NCBI GenBank assembly: GCA_014905635.1
Contig: JABVCE010000027.1
Coordinates: forward strand, 372,001 to 436,000
Length of the DNA: 64,000 bases
Direction: 5' to 3'
Source of the DNA: Scenedesmus sp. PABB004
Lineage: Eukaryota
Positions 1-10,987 of this stretch are shown one piece after another. The notes beneath the pieces are model-generated. The model did no database searches, was not told the DNA's origin, and worked only from the letters and a program-made list of their open reading frames with translations. The position numbers and the translations under genes were made by a program. Numbering within the stretch: the first letter of the stretch is position 1; the number at the start of each line of letters is the position of its first letter.

Positions 1-927
1 GCAGCACCATCCTCCCCACGTTCACCGCCGCGCTCGCCGCGCGCGTCGCGGCGGCCCCGCTCGCGCCCGGCGCGCGGCGCGCCGGCGCCGGCGGCGGCGC
101 GGTGCTCGTCGACGCGCCGGCCTCGGGCGGCGTGCCGGGGGCGGTCGCGGGGACTCTGAGCTTCATGTGCGGCGGCACCGAGGAGGCGGTGCGCGCGGCG
201 ACGCCCATCCTGCAGGCCATGGGCAAGCGCGTGCAGCGCCTGGGCCCGCCGGGCGCGGGGCAGGCCGCCAAGATCTGCAACAACCTGGCGATGGCGATCC
301 AGGTGCGGCATTTCAGGTGGGGGAGCGCGGAGCCGCCCCTCGCCCGCCCCGCCGCCGCCGCTGACGACGACGCGCGTGCCGCCGCCGCGCCGGGCGGCCG
401 TCACCCCCTCACCTGCAGATGGCGGGCGTGGCCGAGGCGCTCGCGCTCGGCGCGGCGCTCGGGCTGGACCCGGCGCGCCTGAGCGCCGTCTTCAACGCGT
501 CCTCGGCGCGCTGCTGGTCCAGCGAGTGCTACAACCCCGCGCCGGTGCGGGCGCGGGGCGCGCCGGCGGCCGGCAGCGGGCGCGGCGCACAGCGTGCCTC
601 CTTCCTCGCCCAACGCACGCGCGCCCGCCGCCGTGGGGCCAGGGCGTGATGGCGGACGTGCCGGCGGCGCGGGGCTACGCCAACGGCTTCTCCGCGGCGC
701 TGATGGCCAAGGACCTGCGCCTCGCGCTCAGCCTCGCCGCAACCGCGCCGTCGAGGCCGCAGCCGCTGCACATGGGCGAGCGCGCCTCGCAGCTCTACTC
801 GGCGGTCGTGGAGGCCTCGCCCGTGCCGGTGGACTTTAGCGCCGTCTACACGGTCGTCTATGGCGGCACGCCCGCCGGCGCGCCGCCGTCGACCGGCGGC
901 GCGGCGGTGCGGAGCGGCAGCGATTGA
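1..927 (+). CDS. HIBADH: 3-hydroxyisobutyrate dehydrogenase, 5'-truncated by the window; exons <1-302, 419-544, 643-927
   Basis: Spliced product contains VDAPASGG..GTLSFMCGG, GQAAKICNNLAMAIQMAGVAEAL, SSARCWSSECYNP, GFSAALMAKDL and VDFSAVY. GT-AG introns 303-418 and 545-642 join in frame. Confidence 0.92.
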
Positions 928-1633
928 TGCGGAGCCGCCGCGGTTGACCGCGCGGCGCGGTGCGAGAGCGTGTCAGCGAGCGTAGGCGCGGCAGGGCGCG
1001 AGGCGCGCGGCTCAATGCGGAGGGTGGAACTTCACTGCGCGCGCGGCGCCGGCGGCGGGCCGCTGTGGACTTCAGCCCCGCCGCGCGGCGTGCCACCACA
1101 CCGAACGCGCTCTGCGCTCGCCAACGCATCGTCCGTGACAGGGTCGGCACCCGCTCTGGCCGAGGGCATTCTATATAGGCCCCGCTCCGCCGCCGAGCGG
1201 CCGCTGCGGCGGCCACGCCCGAGCGTAGAGACACACCTAGCAATCTCAGCGCGCCACAAGCGGCGCAAAGCGTCAAGCAAGCGCTGCACGCGCAGGTTGG
1301 GCGGCAGGCCAGGCGCACGGGCTTGCGCGGCAGCCTAGCCGCCGCCAGGGGGCTGCTCAGCCGGCCCAGGCGCCATGGCGCGGCTTGGGTGACCTCGGGG
1401 CCGGCAGCGATCAGCGTTTGGACGCGCCGCGAGCAGGGGCGGGGCGCAGATGCTGGCCAGGCAGCCACGCCTGTCCCAGCGCGCAGGGCGTCTTGTTCGC
1501 GCCGCGCCGGCTCCAGAGCAGCTCAGAGCAGCCCAACGAGCACTGAGGCGTCGGCGTTGGGAGTCTCACTCAAAGCTGCCCCGCCGCCGCCGTTCGCGCC
1601 GCGCCGCAGGCTGACCACGGCGCGCGCGACCTG

Positions 1634-2842
1634 ATGGACGCCGACGACGCCCGGATGGCCGAGGCGGCCGAGCTCCCTGAACCCGCCTGGGCGGGAAGCC
1701 CACGCGGCAGCGGCACCGGCTCCAGCAGCACGATGCGCGTCTTCCGGCGCCGCCAGCCGCTGCCGGCCGCGGCCGCGCCGCCGCCGCCGCCGCCGCCGCC
1801 GGCGTTCCACCGCCGCCACGCGTTCAAGCCGCTGGTGCTGAAGAGAAAGGCGGAGCGCGGCGGCGACCTCATGTTTCCCTATCGGCCGCCCCAGGCCAAG
1901 GACGCGGCGGCGACGCCGTCCCACAGCGGCGGCGCCGCGGCGCCTGAGTGCGAGCACTCCACCGGCGGCGCTGCCGCCGCCGCGGGGCCGCGGCCCGTGG
2001 CGCCGCAGGACGACGGCTGGGTGCGCGGCCTGCTGGCGCGGCTGTCGTCGCAGCAGCTGCAGCAGCCGCCGCCGTCGCCGCAGCACAGCGCGCGCTCGGG
2101 GCAGTCGCACCTGTCACAGCATTGCGAGGCGCTGCTGGTCAGCCGCGACAGCAGCTTCGAAGTGGTGCAGCCGCTCCGCTCGCTGGCGGCGGCGCCCGCG
2201 CCGGCCCGCTCGGCGCCGCCGCCGGAGCTGCTGGCCGCGCTCGCCGCGCTGCCGGCGCCCGCGCCGGCCGCGTCCGCGCCGGCGGTGCCCCCCGCGCCCG
2301 CGGCGCCGCGCCTGGACGTGGGCGGCGTGCTCCACGCGCTGGCGCAGCTGGCGGCGGAGCGGGCCGGGGAGAGCTCGCCCCTTGCTGCGGGGCAGGTCGC
2401 GTCGGAGCTGCTGGGGCCGCTCGCCGCGCTCGCGGCGGCGCTCGACGCGGCCGAGGCGGGCGCGGCGCAGCAGCTCGTGCGGGGGCTGCAGCAGCTCGTC
2501 CACAGAGCGGCCAGCGGCGAGCTGCGCGCCGATGGGCCCCCGGACGCTGACGCAGCCGCGGCGGCGCGCGCCGAGGCAGCGCTGGCAGCCGCCGAGGCGG
2601 CGGTGCGCGCGGAGCTTGCTGCCGCGCAGCGCGAGGTGGCCGTCCTGGCCGCCACGGGCGGCTGGGCGAGCCTGCTGTCGCCGCTGCAGCGCCTGCAGGT
2701 GCTGCAGCAGCAGCAGCTGCTGCTGCGGCGGCAGCGCCAGGCGGCCGCGGCGCCCCGCGCGGCGCCCGCCGGCGGGCAGCGCGGCGGCCCCACCCACGCC
2801 GAGCTGCTTGCTGCGTGGCGCGCGCTCGGCCTGCCGGCGTGA
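1634..2842 (+). CDS. Hypothetical Ala/Pro/Gln-rich protein, about 402 aa
   Basis: ATG-to-TGA ORF with coding-like codon use (GCG/CTG/CAG) and a predicted helical C-terminal half; no recognisable domain. Confidence 0.55.
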   Translation: MDADDARMAEAAELPEPAWAGSPRGSGTGSSSTMRVFRRRQPLPAAAAPPPPPPPPAFHRRHAFKPLVLKRKAERGGDLMFPYRPPQAKDAAATPSHSGGAAAPECEHSTGGAAAAAGPRPVAPQDDGWVRGLLARLSSQQLQQPPPSPQHSARSGQSHLSQHCEALLVSRDSSFEVVQPLRSLAAAPAPARSAPPPELLAALAALPAPAPAASAPAVPPAPAAPRLDVGGVLHALAQLAAERAGESSPLAAGQVASELLGPLAALAAALDAAEAGAAQQLVRGLQQLVHRAASGELRADGPPDADAAAAARAEAALAAAEAAVRAELAAAQREVAVLAATGGWASLLSPLQRLQVLQQQQLLLRRQRQAAAAPRAAPAGGQRGGPTHAELLAAWRALGLPA

Positions 2843-4107
2843 GCCGCGGCCCGGCCGCCGGGACGAGCGCGAGTAGTATGGCATTGCTTGTGTGGCCGAC
2901 GACGAGCAAACACAGTAGACGCCCCACGGCCCCTGCTGTCAAGCGCCTGACCGCGCCTGAGACCATGCGGCGCCGCGCACCGAGCTTGTGCGCTCCTCTC
3001 TTTTGCTCGCCGTTTGGCAGGGCAACTCATGCAGGCGCGGCACTGGTGGGGAATCCGCATAAGCGTTTGACAAGCAAACCTGCAGCGATATAGGCCACGG
3101 CGCGGGGCCTGGCAGAACTGTCGACTCCTCCTAGGGAACTGCTCAGACCCACCTCGCCGCACTGCACGTGTGGCTGCTGACTGACTTTGGTGGCGCCCGG
3201 CCGCCACTCCTCGTGTGCGCTGCATTCCTTGGGTGCTCGTGTCCCGCAACCCCACCACGTGGCGTACGCGACAACGCAACGGCTGCGACAACGCAACGGC
3301 TGGGACGCGGCGCGCGTGCGCGCCGCCCGCGCGGCCCACACTGCCGCGCGGCGCGGCGCGCGTGCATGCGCGCGTCGGGTGTTGAGCTCGGCCCTGCAAG
3401 TGTGCACCGCGTCTTTTGAGTGTGCGTGCCAGCGGCGGCGCCGTCGCGGCTGAGCAGCCGGCGCACCGTGCGGCCGCGCCCAAACCTGGGTGTGACCCCG
3501 GCGTCGATCGATCGATTGATCCCATCCACTCATCCCCTCGATGCGCTTGAGAGCGCCTGCTTCGGAGCATGGTGTCACGCCGGCCAACGCCTCGCGGCCG
3601 GGCTGGCAGGCGGCGCGCTGCCGCCGGCCGACCAGAGAGCCCCGTCACCCATGGTTTGCGTGCGTGACCTGATCGGCTCGCGAGTCCCGCGCGGCCCATC
3701 GCCGCCCCCGCGCGGCTGCTGCCCCCTGACTGGGACCGGGCCGGGCGAGTCCAGTGCTGGCAAGGCACGCAGCGCGAGGCAGTCGTCCGGCCTGGACGCT
3801 GAGCGTGTGCGACCCATTTCGTACTGCGCCCGCGCGCACTGCCGCGCGCCTGACCGGGGAGGTGGGGAGGGGGAGGGGGCCCTGCTCTGTCCGCAAGCCA
3901 ATATTGGCTGCTGCGCCCCTGCCCGCCCCGCCGGCACTGCTGCGCACGGCGCGCGTGACGAGGCATAAACGCCGTCCACCGGCTGCCCGTGAGCACTCTC
4001 CTTGATCCGAGCCCTCCTCATCCGCGCAACGAGACCGGTTACCAGCATCGCCATGTAATCCCCTTTGCGCCCGCACGCTCGCTCACCCGGCCCTAAATCT
4101 CTTTGCG

Positions 4108-4907
4108 TCACGCCCGCTCCGCCTGCGCGGCCTCGTAGATTCGGTACGCCGCGAGCCAGCACGTGCAGTTGCCGACAACGGTCAGGAAGGCCTGCAGAGC
4201 GACCAGGAAGTCAAGGTCTGCACCGGGGCAGCGCGGCGCGGCGTGGGGCGGCGCGGCGCGGGGCGGCGCGGCGGGGTGAGGGCGCGGCGCGCGGCTGACG
4301 TCGTGCCGCCGTCGTCCCGGCTGCTGCGGGCCCGTCCCCCCCCCCCCCGCCCCGGCCGGCGCGGCGCGGGCGGCCGCGCGTGGCGCGCGTGGCGCGCCTG
4401 CCGCCGCCGCGAGCGCGCGGCGCGGCGCGCACCGGGGCTGTTGTAGAAAAAGTGCCACGTGCACGCGGCCATCGCGCTGCCGAGCGCGGGCATCATGCCC
4501 CAGGCCATGCCCTTCCAGCGCGGGTTGCCGGAGACGTCGGCGTAGCGCCACATCAGCGCCATCGCCGCGACCCACTCGCTCACGCTGCTCACGTGGATCG
4601 CCCACGTCGGGAGCGACAGCGCGTTGCCCGGCTCCGCGTGCACCGCCAGCGCCGACGCCGCGCCCGGCGCGGCCGCCTGGAGTCCGGCCAGCGCCAGCGC
4701 GGCGCCCGCCGCCGCGGCCGCGCGCCGCGCGCCGCCGCCGCCGCCTCTGCTGCTGCTGCTGCTGCTGCTGCCGCTGCTGCGCCGCTGCTCGACTGCCGCG
4801 CAGCGCGCGGCACGCAGCGCGCGCTGTCTCCGTCCAGCACCTGGCCGCAGCGCTGGCGCGCTGGGCGAGGCGGCGGCGTGGGAGGCGAGCCTGCTCTGCT
4901 GCATCAT
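4108..4907 (-). CDS. ycf49: Ycf49-like (DUF2499) membrane protein with probable plastid transit peptide; intron 4432-4218
   Basis: NALSLPTWAIHVSSVSEWVAAM..WGMMPALGSAMAACTWHFFYN spliced to DLDFLVALQAFLTVVGNCTCWLAAYRI; Ser/Arg/Ala-rich N-terminus. Confidence 0.88.
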
Positions 4908-5104
4908 TGCGGCCTGCGTGGCGCGCGTGTGCGGCCGCGGCTGCCAGCACGGGGCGCGCGTTCGCGTGACAATTAGGTCCAGGACGCGAGCCCAGCCGCG
5001 CTCGTGCGTTCCTCGACCGCGGGGATTGCCACCGCGGGCCGCCGCAGGCGTCAGCTGATCACCAGGGCACACCGGTCGGCAGAAGCGCCTCACCGCGCCG
5101 CCGC

Positions 5105-7661
5105 TCACGCCGCCGCCGCCTCCAGCGGGCCGCAGGCCCACATGAGCTCCAGCTCGCCCAGCAGCGCCGTCAGCGCGGCCCGCAGCGCCGCCGCGCCGCC
5201 CGGGGCGGCGGCCGCGGTGACCTGGAAGCCGCCGCGGCGCTGCTGGAAGACCGAGAGCTCAACCGCCGGCACCCCGCTGCTGCCCGCGCCGCCGCTGCCG
5301 CCCGCGCCCGCCGCGCCGGCGTCGTCACCGGCGCCGGGGCGCGCGCGCTTGGCCGGCGGCGGCCCGCCGCCGGCGGCGGCGCACCCGGGCAGCGCGCACG
5401 CGACGCGCCACGCGGCGGCGTCCACGCGCACGCCCTCCGCGCCGCACACGCCGCGCAGCAGCGCCGTGAGCGCCTGCAGCAGCTTGCGGCCCTCGCCGGG
5501 CTCCGCCGCGACGGTGAAGGCCAGCTTGGCGGGGCCGGCGGCGCCGCCACCGGGCTGACCCCGCACCGCGCCGCTGGTGCCGCCCTGCTGCAGCTGCTGC
5601 TGCTGCTCCCGCTGCACCCCCTGCGGCCCCTGCTGCTGCGCGTCCTGGGGCTGCCCCTGCTGCTGCGCCGCGCCGCGCCGCCGCAGCGGCATGGCCGCCG
5701 TGGCGGGGCTGGCCGCGTATGACCACGCGATCGCCCAGCGGCTCGTCCGGCCCTGCACCAGCTCCGTCGTGCGCAGCGCGGTCACGCCTGCACGGCGCGG
5801 CGCGGCGGGGCGCGTCGGCGCCCCCGGGGCTCGCGCCGCGCGCGCGAGGCCGGGCGGCGGCCAGCCAGCCTCCCCGCTGCGGCACGTGCGCGCCTGCGGC
5901 GTGCAGCTCCTGGCGCAGCGCCTTGAGGCTGGACTTCTTTCCCAGCATGCTGCTGTACCTGCCGGCAGTCAGCGGCCACGCGGCGGCGGCGGCGGCGGCG
6001 TCGGCGGCCGCGCTCGGGCGGGCCGGGGCGGGCGCGCGCCGCCGGCGCGGCCGCGCGGCCGCACCAGTGGATGCGGCCGCGCAGCGCCGCGCTGTCCGCG
6101 ACCATCGCGCGCACAAACGCGAGCTCGCCGCCGGGAACAACCATCTCCTCGGGCGTGCCTGCGGCGCCGGGCGCGGCCGCCGCGGCGTCCCGTGTGTCCG
6201 GGCGCGCGGCGCGCGCACCGCGCCCCGCAGCCCTCTCCGATCGCGCGGCCGGCGGCTGCGCGGGCGGCGCCGCGGCGTGCGCACCGCCGCACGCGGTGTG
6301 TGGGTTCTGGTTTGCCTCCTGCATGGACTCGAAGAAGGGTGGGTTGCACATGCAGAAGGAAAAGGCCTCGTCGCCGTCCGCCAGCGCGCCCGCGAGCGGG
6401 CCGGGGCAGGGCTCCGCGCCCGCCGCCGCCGCCGCCGCCGCCGCGGCGGCGGCCCCCGCGGCCGCCTCGCTGCCCGCCTCCCGCCGCTCCTGCTGCGCCG
6501 CGCCGCGCCGCGCCGCCGGCGGCAGCTCGCCCGCGCGGCAGCGCGAGCGCCGCACGGCCAGCAGGTGCGCGAGCTGCGGGTTGGCGGCGCGCAGCGCGGC
6601 CGCGCCGTCGAGCGCGGCGGGCGTGACGTCGGCACCGGTCATGTGCCACCCGAACATGGCCGCGCCGAGCAGGCAGTATATGAAGTTTGCCCCGCACCCG
6701 ACGTCGAGCCCGCGCACCGCCGCGCCCTCGGCGCCTGCGGCGGCGGCGCGGGCGCGCCGGGGCTCGCGCGCGCGCCGGCGCGCGCGGCGGCACCGGCGCC
6801 CGCGCGCGCCCGCCCCGCGCACCGCCCGGCGGCGACGAGAGCGCGAGCAGGTCGGCCAGCCAGTGCAGGTAGTTGGCGCGGTTGGGCACCGGCGGCACGA
6901 GCTGCCCCTCCGGCAGCGCCCAGGTCACGCCGTAGTCGGCCGCCAGCAGCGCCGCCGTGAGCGCGCGCGTCGCGGCCCAGGACGTGAAGTCGATGCTCGC
7001 CCGCCCCGTGCCGGAATGGCGCCGCACGTGCGGCGCGAGGCAGGGGTGCGCCGCGGCGAGCGCGGCGAAGTCGGGCTCCCGGCCGCAGTAGATGCTCGCT
7101 GGGTGCATGCCCGCGCCCGCGCCGCGCCTGCCGCCGCCGCCGGCGCCGCCCGTGCTGGCCGGCGGCTGTTGCTGGCCCTGCCGCTGCTGCCGCTGCTGTT
7201 GCTGTTGCTGCTGGCCCCCTCCTGGCGCCAGAGGCCCTGCGCCGCCACCCGCGGCGGCACCGGCGCCCGCCGCTGCTGCTGCAGGCTCCGGGTCGGCCGT
7301 GCACGCCGCGAGCGCGGCCTGCGCGGCGGCCAGCGCCTCCGCCAGCTCCGCGTGCACCTGCAGCGGGCGCACTCAGCCAGGCAGGGGGCGGGCCGCGGCG
7401 CGGCAGCGCGTGGCGGCGCCAGCCGTGCTGGCGCGGCGCCGCTCCCGGGGACGCAGCGGCGGCGGCGCACCGCCGCTGCCTCTCCATCGCCGGGGTCGGC
7501 CGTGAGCAGCTCCGCGACGGCCGCCAGCTGCGCCTCATACTCCCCGATCGCGCCGCGCAGCTCGGCCTGCGCCGGCAGCAAGCGGCCGGCGGCTCGTGCG
7601 GCGGGCGGTTGCGGCAGGCGCGGCGGCGGCGCCGGGTCCGCACCAGCTCCGCCGGCTCCAT
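5105..7661 (-). CDS. METTL16: METTL16/FIONA1/RlmF-family RNA m6A methyltransferase, about 7 exons
   Basis: MHPASIY..PDFAALA, IDFT, LVPPVPNRANYLHW, GLDVGCGANFIYCLLG, catalytic CMCNPPFF, GGELAFV, WYSSMLGKKSS and QGRTSRWAIAWSY. Confidence 0.92.
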
Positions 7662-7982
7662 CGCGGTGGCGGGGCGGCGGCGGCGGGCGGGCCCACGGCT
7701 GGAGAGCCGTGCCTCCTCGTTTAAACCCGCGGCGGCGGCGCAATGGCAACCCTCGCAATGGGCGGGCGGAGGCGTCGCGCGCCCGCTGGACTGCCCGCCG
7801 TCAACGCGACGCCCCGCTGCTGGCAGCCCGCCGCCGCCGTGCTCGCGCCACACATCCGGTCCGGGCGGCCCCCGCCCGACGCTCGCCAGCCATGGCGCCC
7901 CGCCGGCGCGCCGCGTAGCAGCGCCCGCAGCGCCCGGCCGATCGGGCGCCCGCCGCGGCCCCGGGCGCTGCTGATCAACGGG

Positions 7983-9629
7983 ATGGAGCTAGACGCGAGC
8001 GTGAGCGCGGCGCTGGGGCGGCTGGAGGCGCAGGCAGGGAGCGGTGGCCAAGGTGATTCCGCTCCGGCAGCGGGCGGCAAGCGGGGCCTGGAGCTGGAGC
8101 TCGAGCGCACCGCCAGCCAGGTGCGACGGGCGACACCGCGGCGCGGGCGCGCGCGGACGCGGACTGCCGGCAGCGCGCCAGGCTGGCGGAGCAGCCCGGC
8201 CCGGCGCGCGGAGAGCGTGCAGCGCCGCGGCGCCGCGTGCTGCGGTCCGAGCTCGGCGCGATCCAGCGCGTGGCGTGCTCACGGCCCTGCGAGGCGACCG
8301 CGCACTCACCCGCGCCGCATGACCGCCGCGACCGCCGTGCAGGCCTCCGATGCGACGGTCGGCGCGGCGCCGCACGGCATCGAGCACGACGACGGCCACC
8401 TCCCGCGCAAGCGCAGGCGCCGGTGAGCGCGCTGGCGGCGTTGCGTCGGGCGGCCCGCGAAACGCCGTCACCCGGCCGCGCCCGCCCGCGCGGACTGTCC
8501 GCGCCCCCCGCCCCGCCCGCTGCCACGCTCACGCTGGCGCCGCCCGCGCCGCGCCCGCGCCGCCAGGGCGGCGGAGGACGGCGAGCCGGCCGCGGACGGC
8601 GCACGCTCGGCGCCGCCCAGCCCCACCACGCCCGCGCGCGCGCACGGCGGCCCGCCCGGCGCGGCGCTGGGGTGCCTGGACGCGCCCGCCGGCAGCTGCC
8701 ACGACGATGGCGCGGGCGCGGCGGCGGGCGGCGCCGCCGCCGAGGGCGCGCAGCGCTGGGCGGCGCACGCGGGTGACGCGGCCGCCGACGGCCGTGCAGG
8801 CGAGCCGGCGCCGGCGCTGCCGCGCGTGCCGAGCTGCACGCTGAGCGACGTCGCGCTGCCGGCGTCCCCGGCGCTGGGCTGCGCGCCGGCGCCGGGGCCC
8901 GGCGGCAGCCCCGCGGCGCCGGCGCTGCAGCTCGGCTCGCTGGCGCTCGTGGCGGCGCGGCTGGCGCAAGCGCCGAGCGGCGCGGCCGGCGGCGGCAGCC
9001 CGCTGCTGCCCGCCACGCAGGCCACGCTGGAGGCCACGACTGCGCGCGTGGTCGCGGCCGAGGCGGTCGCGACGGCGCTGGCGGCTCGGCCCGGCGGCGG
9101 CGCCGCTGCGCCCGACGCGGCGGCGGCGACGGCGGCGGCGCCCGAGCTGCCCGCCTGGCTGCGCTGCAGCAGTGCGGGCCTGGCGGCGAGCAGCGCGCTC
9201 TGCCGCGCCAGCCTGCTCAGCACGACGGCCGCGCTCGCGCGCCTGCAGCAGCAGGCGCGCCTGGGCGCCGCGCCGCCCGCCAGCTGCGCCGCCGGCGGCC
9301 AGGCCGGCCTGGTCCTGGGCACGCCGCTGGCGGCCACGTGCGTGCTCGGCCTGCCCACGGCGCAGCAGGCGCCGGCGGCGCCCGCCGCCCGGCACGGCGG
9401 CGGCCGGCCCCTCGTCAGCGCGGCGCAGCGGCTGCGGCTGGAGCTGAGCCACGCGCACGAGGACGCGGGCAGCTGCAGCGGCACGCCGCGCGCGGGCGTC
9501 GCGCCCAGCCGCGCCGCGCAGCTGCTGGAGGACGGGGCGCAGCTGCTGGAGCGCGCGGCGCCGCTGACGACCGCCGAGTCGGCCGGCGCGGACGCGCTCG
9601 AGCCAGCAGCAGCCCAGCAGAGCCTCTGA
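7983..9629 (+). CDS. Hypothetical low-complexity protein; exons about 7983-8120, 8343-8422, 8567-9629
   Basis: GT-AG introns join the exons in frame; the product has a basic PRKRRRR NLS-like motif. No known domain recognised. Confidence 0.5.
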
Positions 9630-10987
9630 GGGCGCTGGCTGCGCTTGTACACACGCGCAGGGGTGCTGCTATTGATGTGCAGCGGCAGGGGTCGACGGGG
9701 CGGGCGAGAGCGGCGCCACGCGTGCAGCGGGTGGCCCAGCAGCAGCTCTGTGTACGATCAGCGGGCCGCGGGAGCGACCAGGCCCGGCGCCGCCGCGCCC
9801 GCGACCGGCCGGCGGCGCCGCGGCTGGGCCCCGCAGGCGCCGCGCGCGCTCTCCCGAGCACGGCGGGTCTGTGCGCGCGAACGGGCCCGGCGGCGCGGCC
9901 GCGCGGGGGCACGCACGGCACACCGCCGGCGCAGCGAGCTCGGGACGGGCTGGCGACGCAGCGCCGGCGGTGGCCCACGACCGCCGCTCGCACCGCCAAA
10001 CATATGGTGGTGGTCGGCGCCGCTCGCGCCGCAAACAGGGGGCCGCGCATGCACGAGCAGCTCGCCGCGGCGGGCGGCACGAACCGGCGGCGGGCACGGC
10101 GGGAGCTGAACGCACGCGCCGCTGGCGGCTCGACACTCATTTGTTGTTGTCGCACTGCACTGCAAGCGGGCGCTGCCCACACACATGCACAGCGCAAGCA
10201 CTTTGCCGTGCCGGCGGGCCTCAGGGCGGCCCCGGCTGCGCGTGCCACGCACCGAGACTTGCAACGCAACCCTGCGCGCGCCAGGCGCCAGGCCGCAGCT
10301 GGCACATGCAGCTCGCGAGCCCCAGATATGGCGCGCCCGTCGGCGCGTTGACAATAAACGCCGCGCAAGCGCCAGCAAAAGGCACGGGGCGGCCGGCCCT
10401 TCTTGCGGGGCGTCCACTTTGTCGTTGTCGTTGAGATGATGTTGGGGGGCGGGGGAGCAGAGGGGGCAGAGGCGGCAGAGGGGCAGGCCAGGGGCGGCGG
10501 CGGGGGCCAGGCGCGCGCGCGCGCGCAGAGCAGGTCGTCGGCGGCGGCTGCAATGGAACGCGGGGGTCGGTGGGGGGCGGCGGGACCACCCGGGAGATCT
10601 GCCTGAAGCCGCCTGTGCTCGCGCGGGGGCCTTCCTTGACGACAGTGGCGCCGGGCGGGGCGCGAGCAACGAACGTCGCCGCCGGCCGCCGCCGTCGCCG
10701 CAGCTGCGGCAGTCGCTCGCGCCGCCTCTCGCCCCGCCCACGCCCGAGCCACCTGGAGCGCGAGGTGCAAGCAGCGGGCTCCGAGAGCCGCAAACCCCAC
10801 AGGCAGCTGAGTCCTCCCCGCAGCCCGCCCTCCCGAATCGCCGTCGTGAAAGACCCACCACACGCTGCGACAGCGGCATGCTGCGCCGGGGCGCGTGAGG
10901 GCAGAGGCGCAGGCAGCCCGCCGCTCGGGCGCTCGCCCCGCACCGATCGACGCGAGCCGCCCGCGTCCGGGCCATGGGGTCGTGATC

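Noticed and set aside
1879..3996. Long ORFs such as 1879-3996(-), 9415-11046(-), 44445-48005(-) and 56529-59633(+)
   Set aside because: Shadow ORFs caused by stop-codon scarcity at extreme GC; Arg/Ala/Pro-rich with no motifs, and mostly antisense to real genes.
2843..4107. Lower-GC 1.2-kb stretch as a possible ncRNA or mobile element
   Set aside because: No terminal repeats, recognisable RNA motif or convincing ORF; consistent with convergent 3' UTRs.
5105..7661. Functional clustering of METTL16 with GC-AG-rich genes
   Set aside because: Splice-site usage is expected to be genome-wide, so physical proximity carries no evidence.
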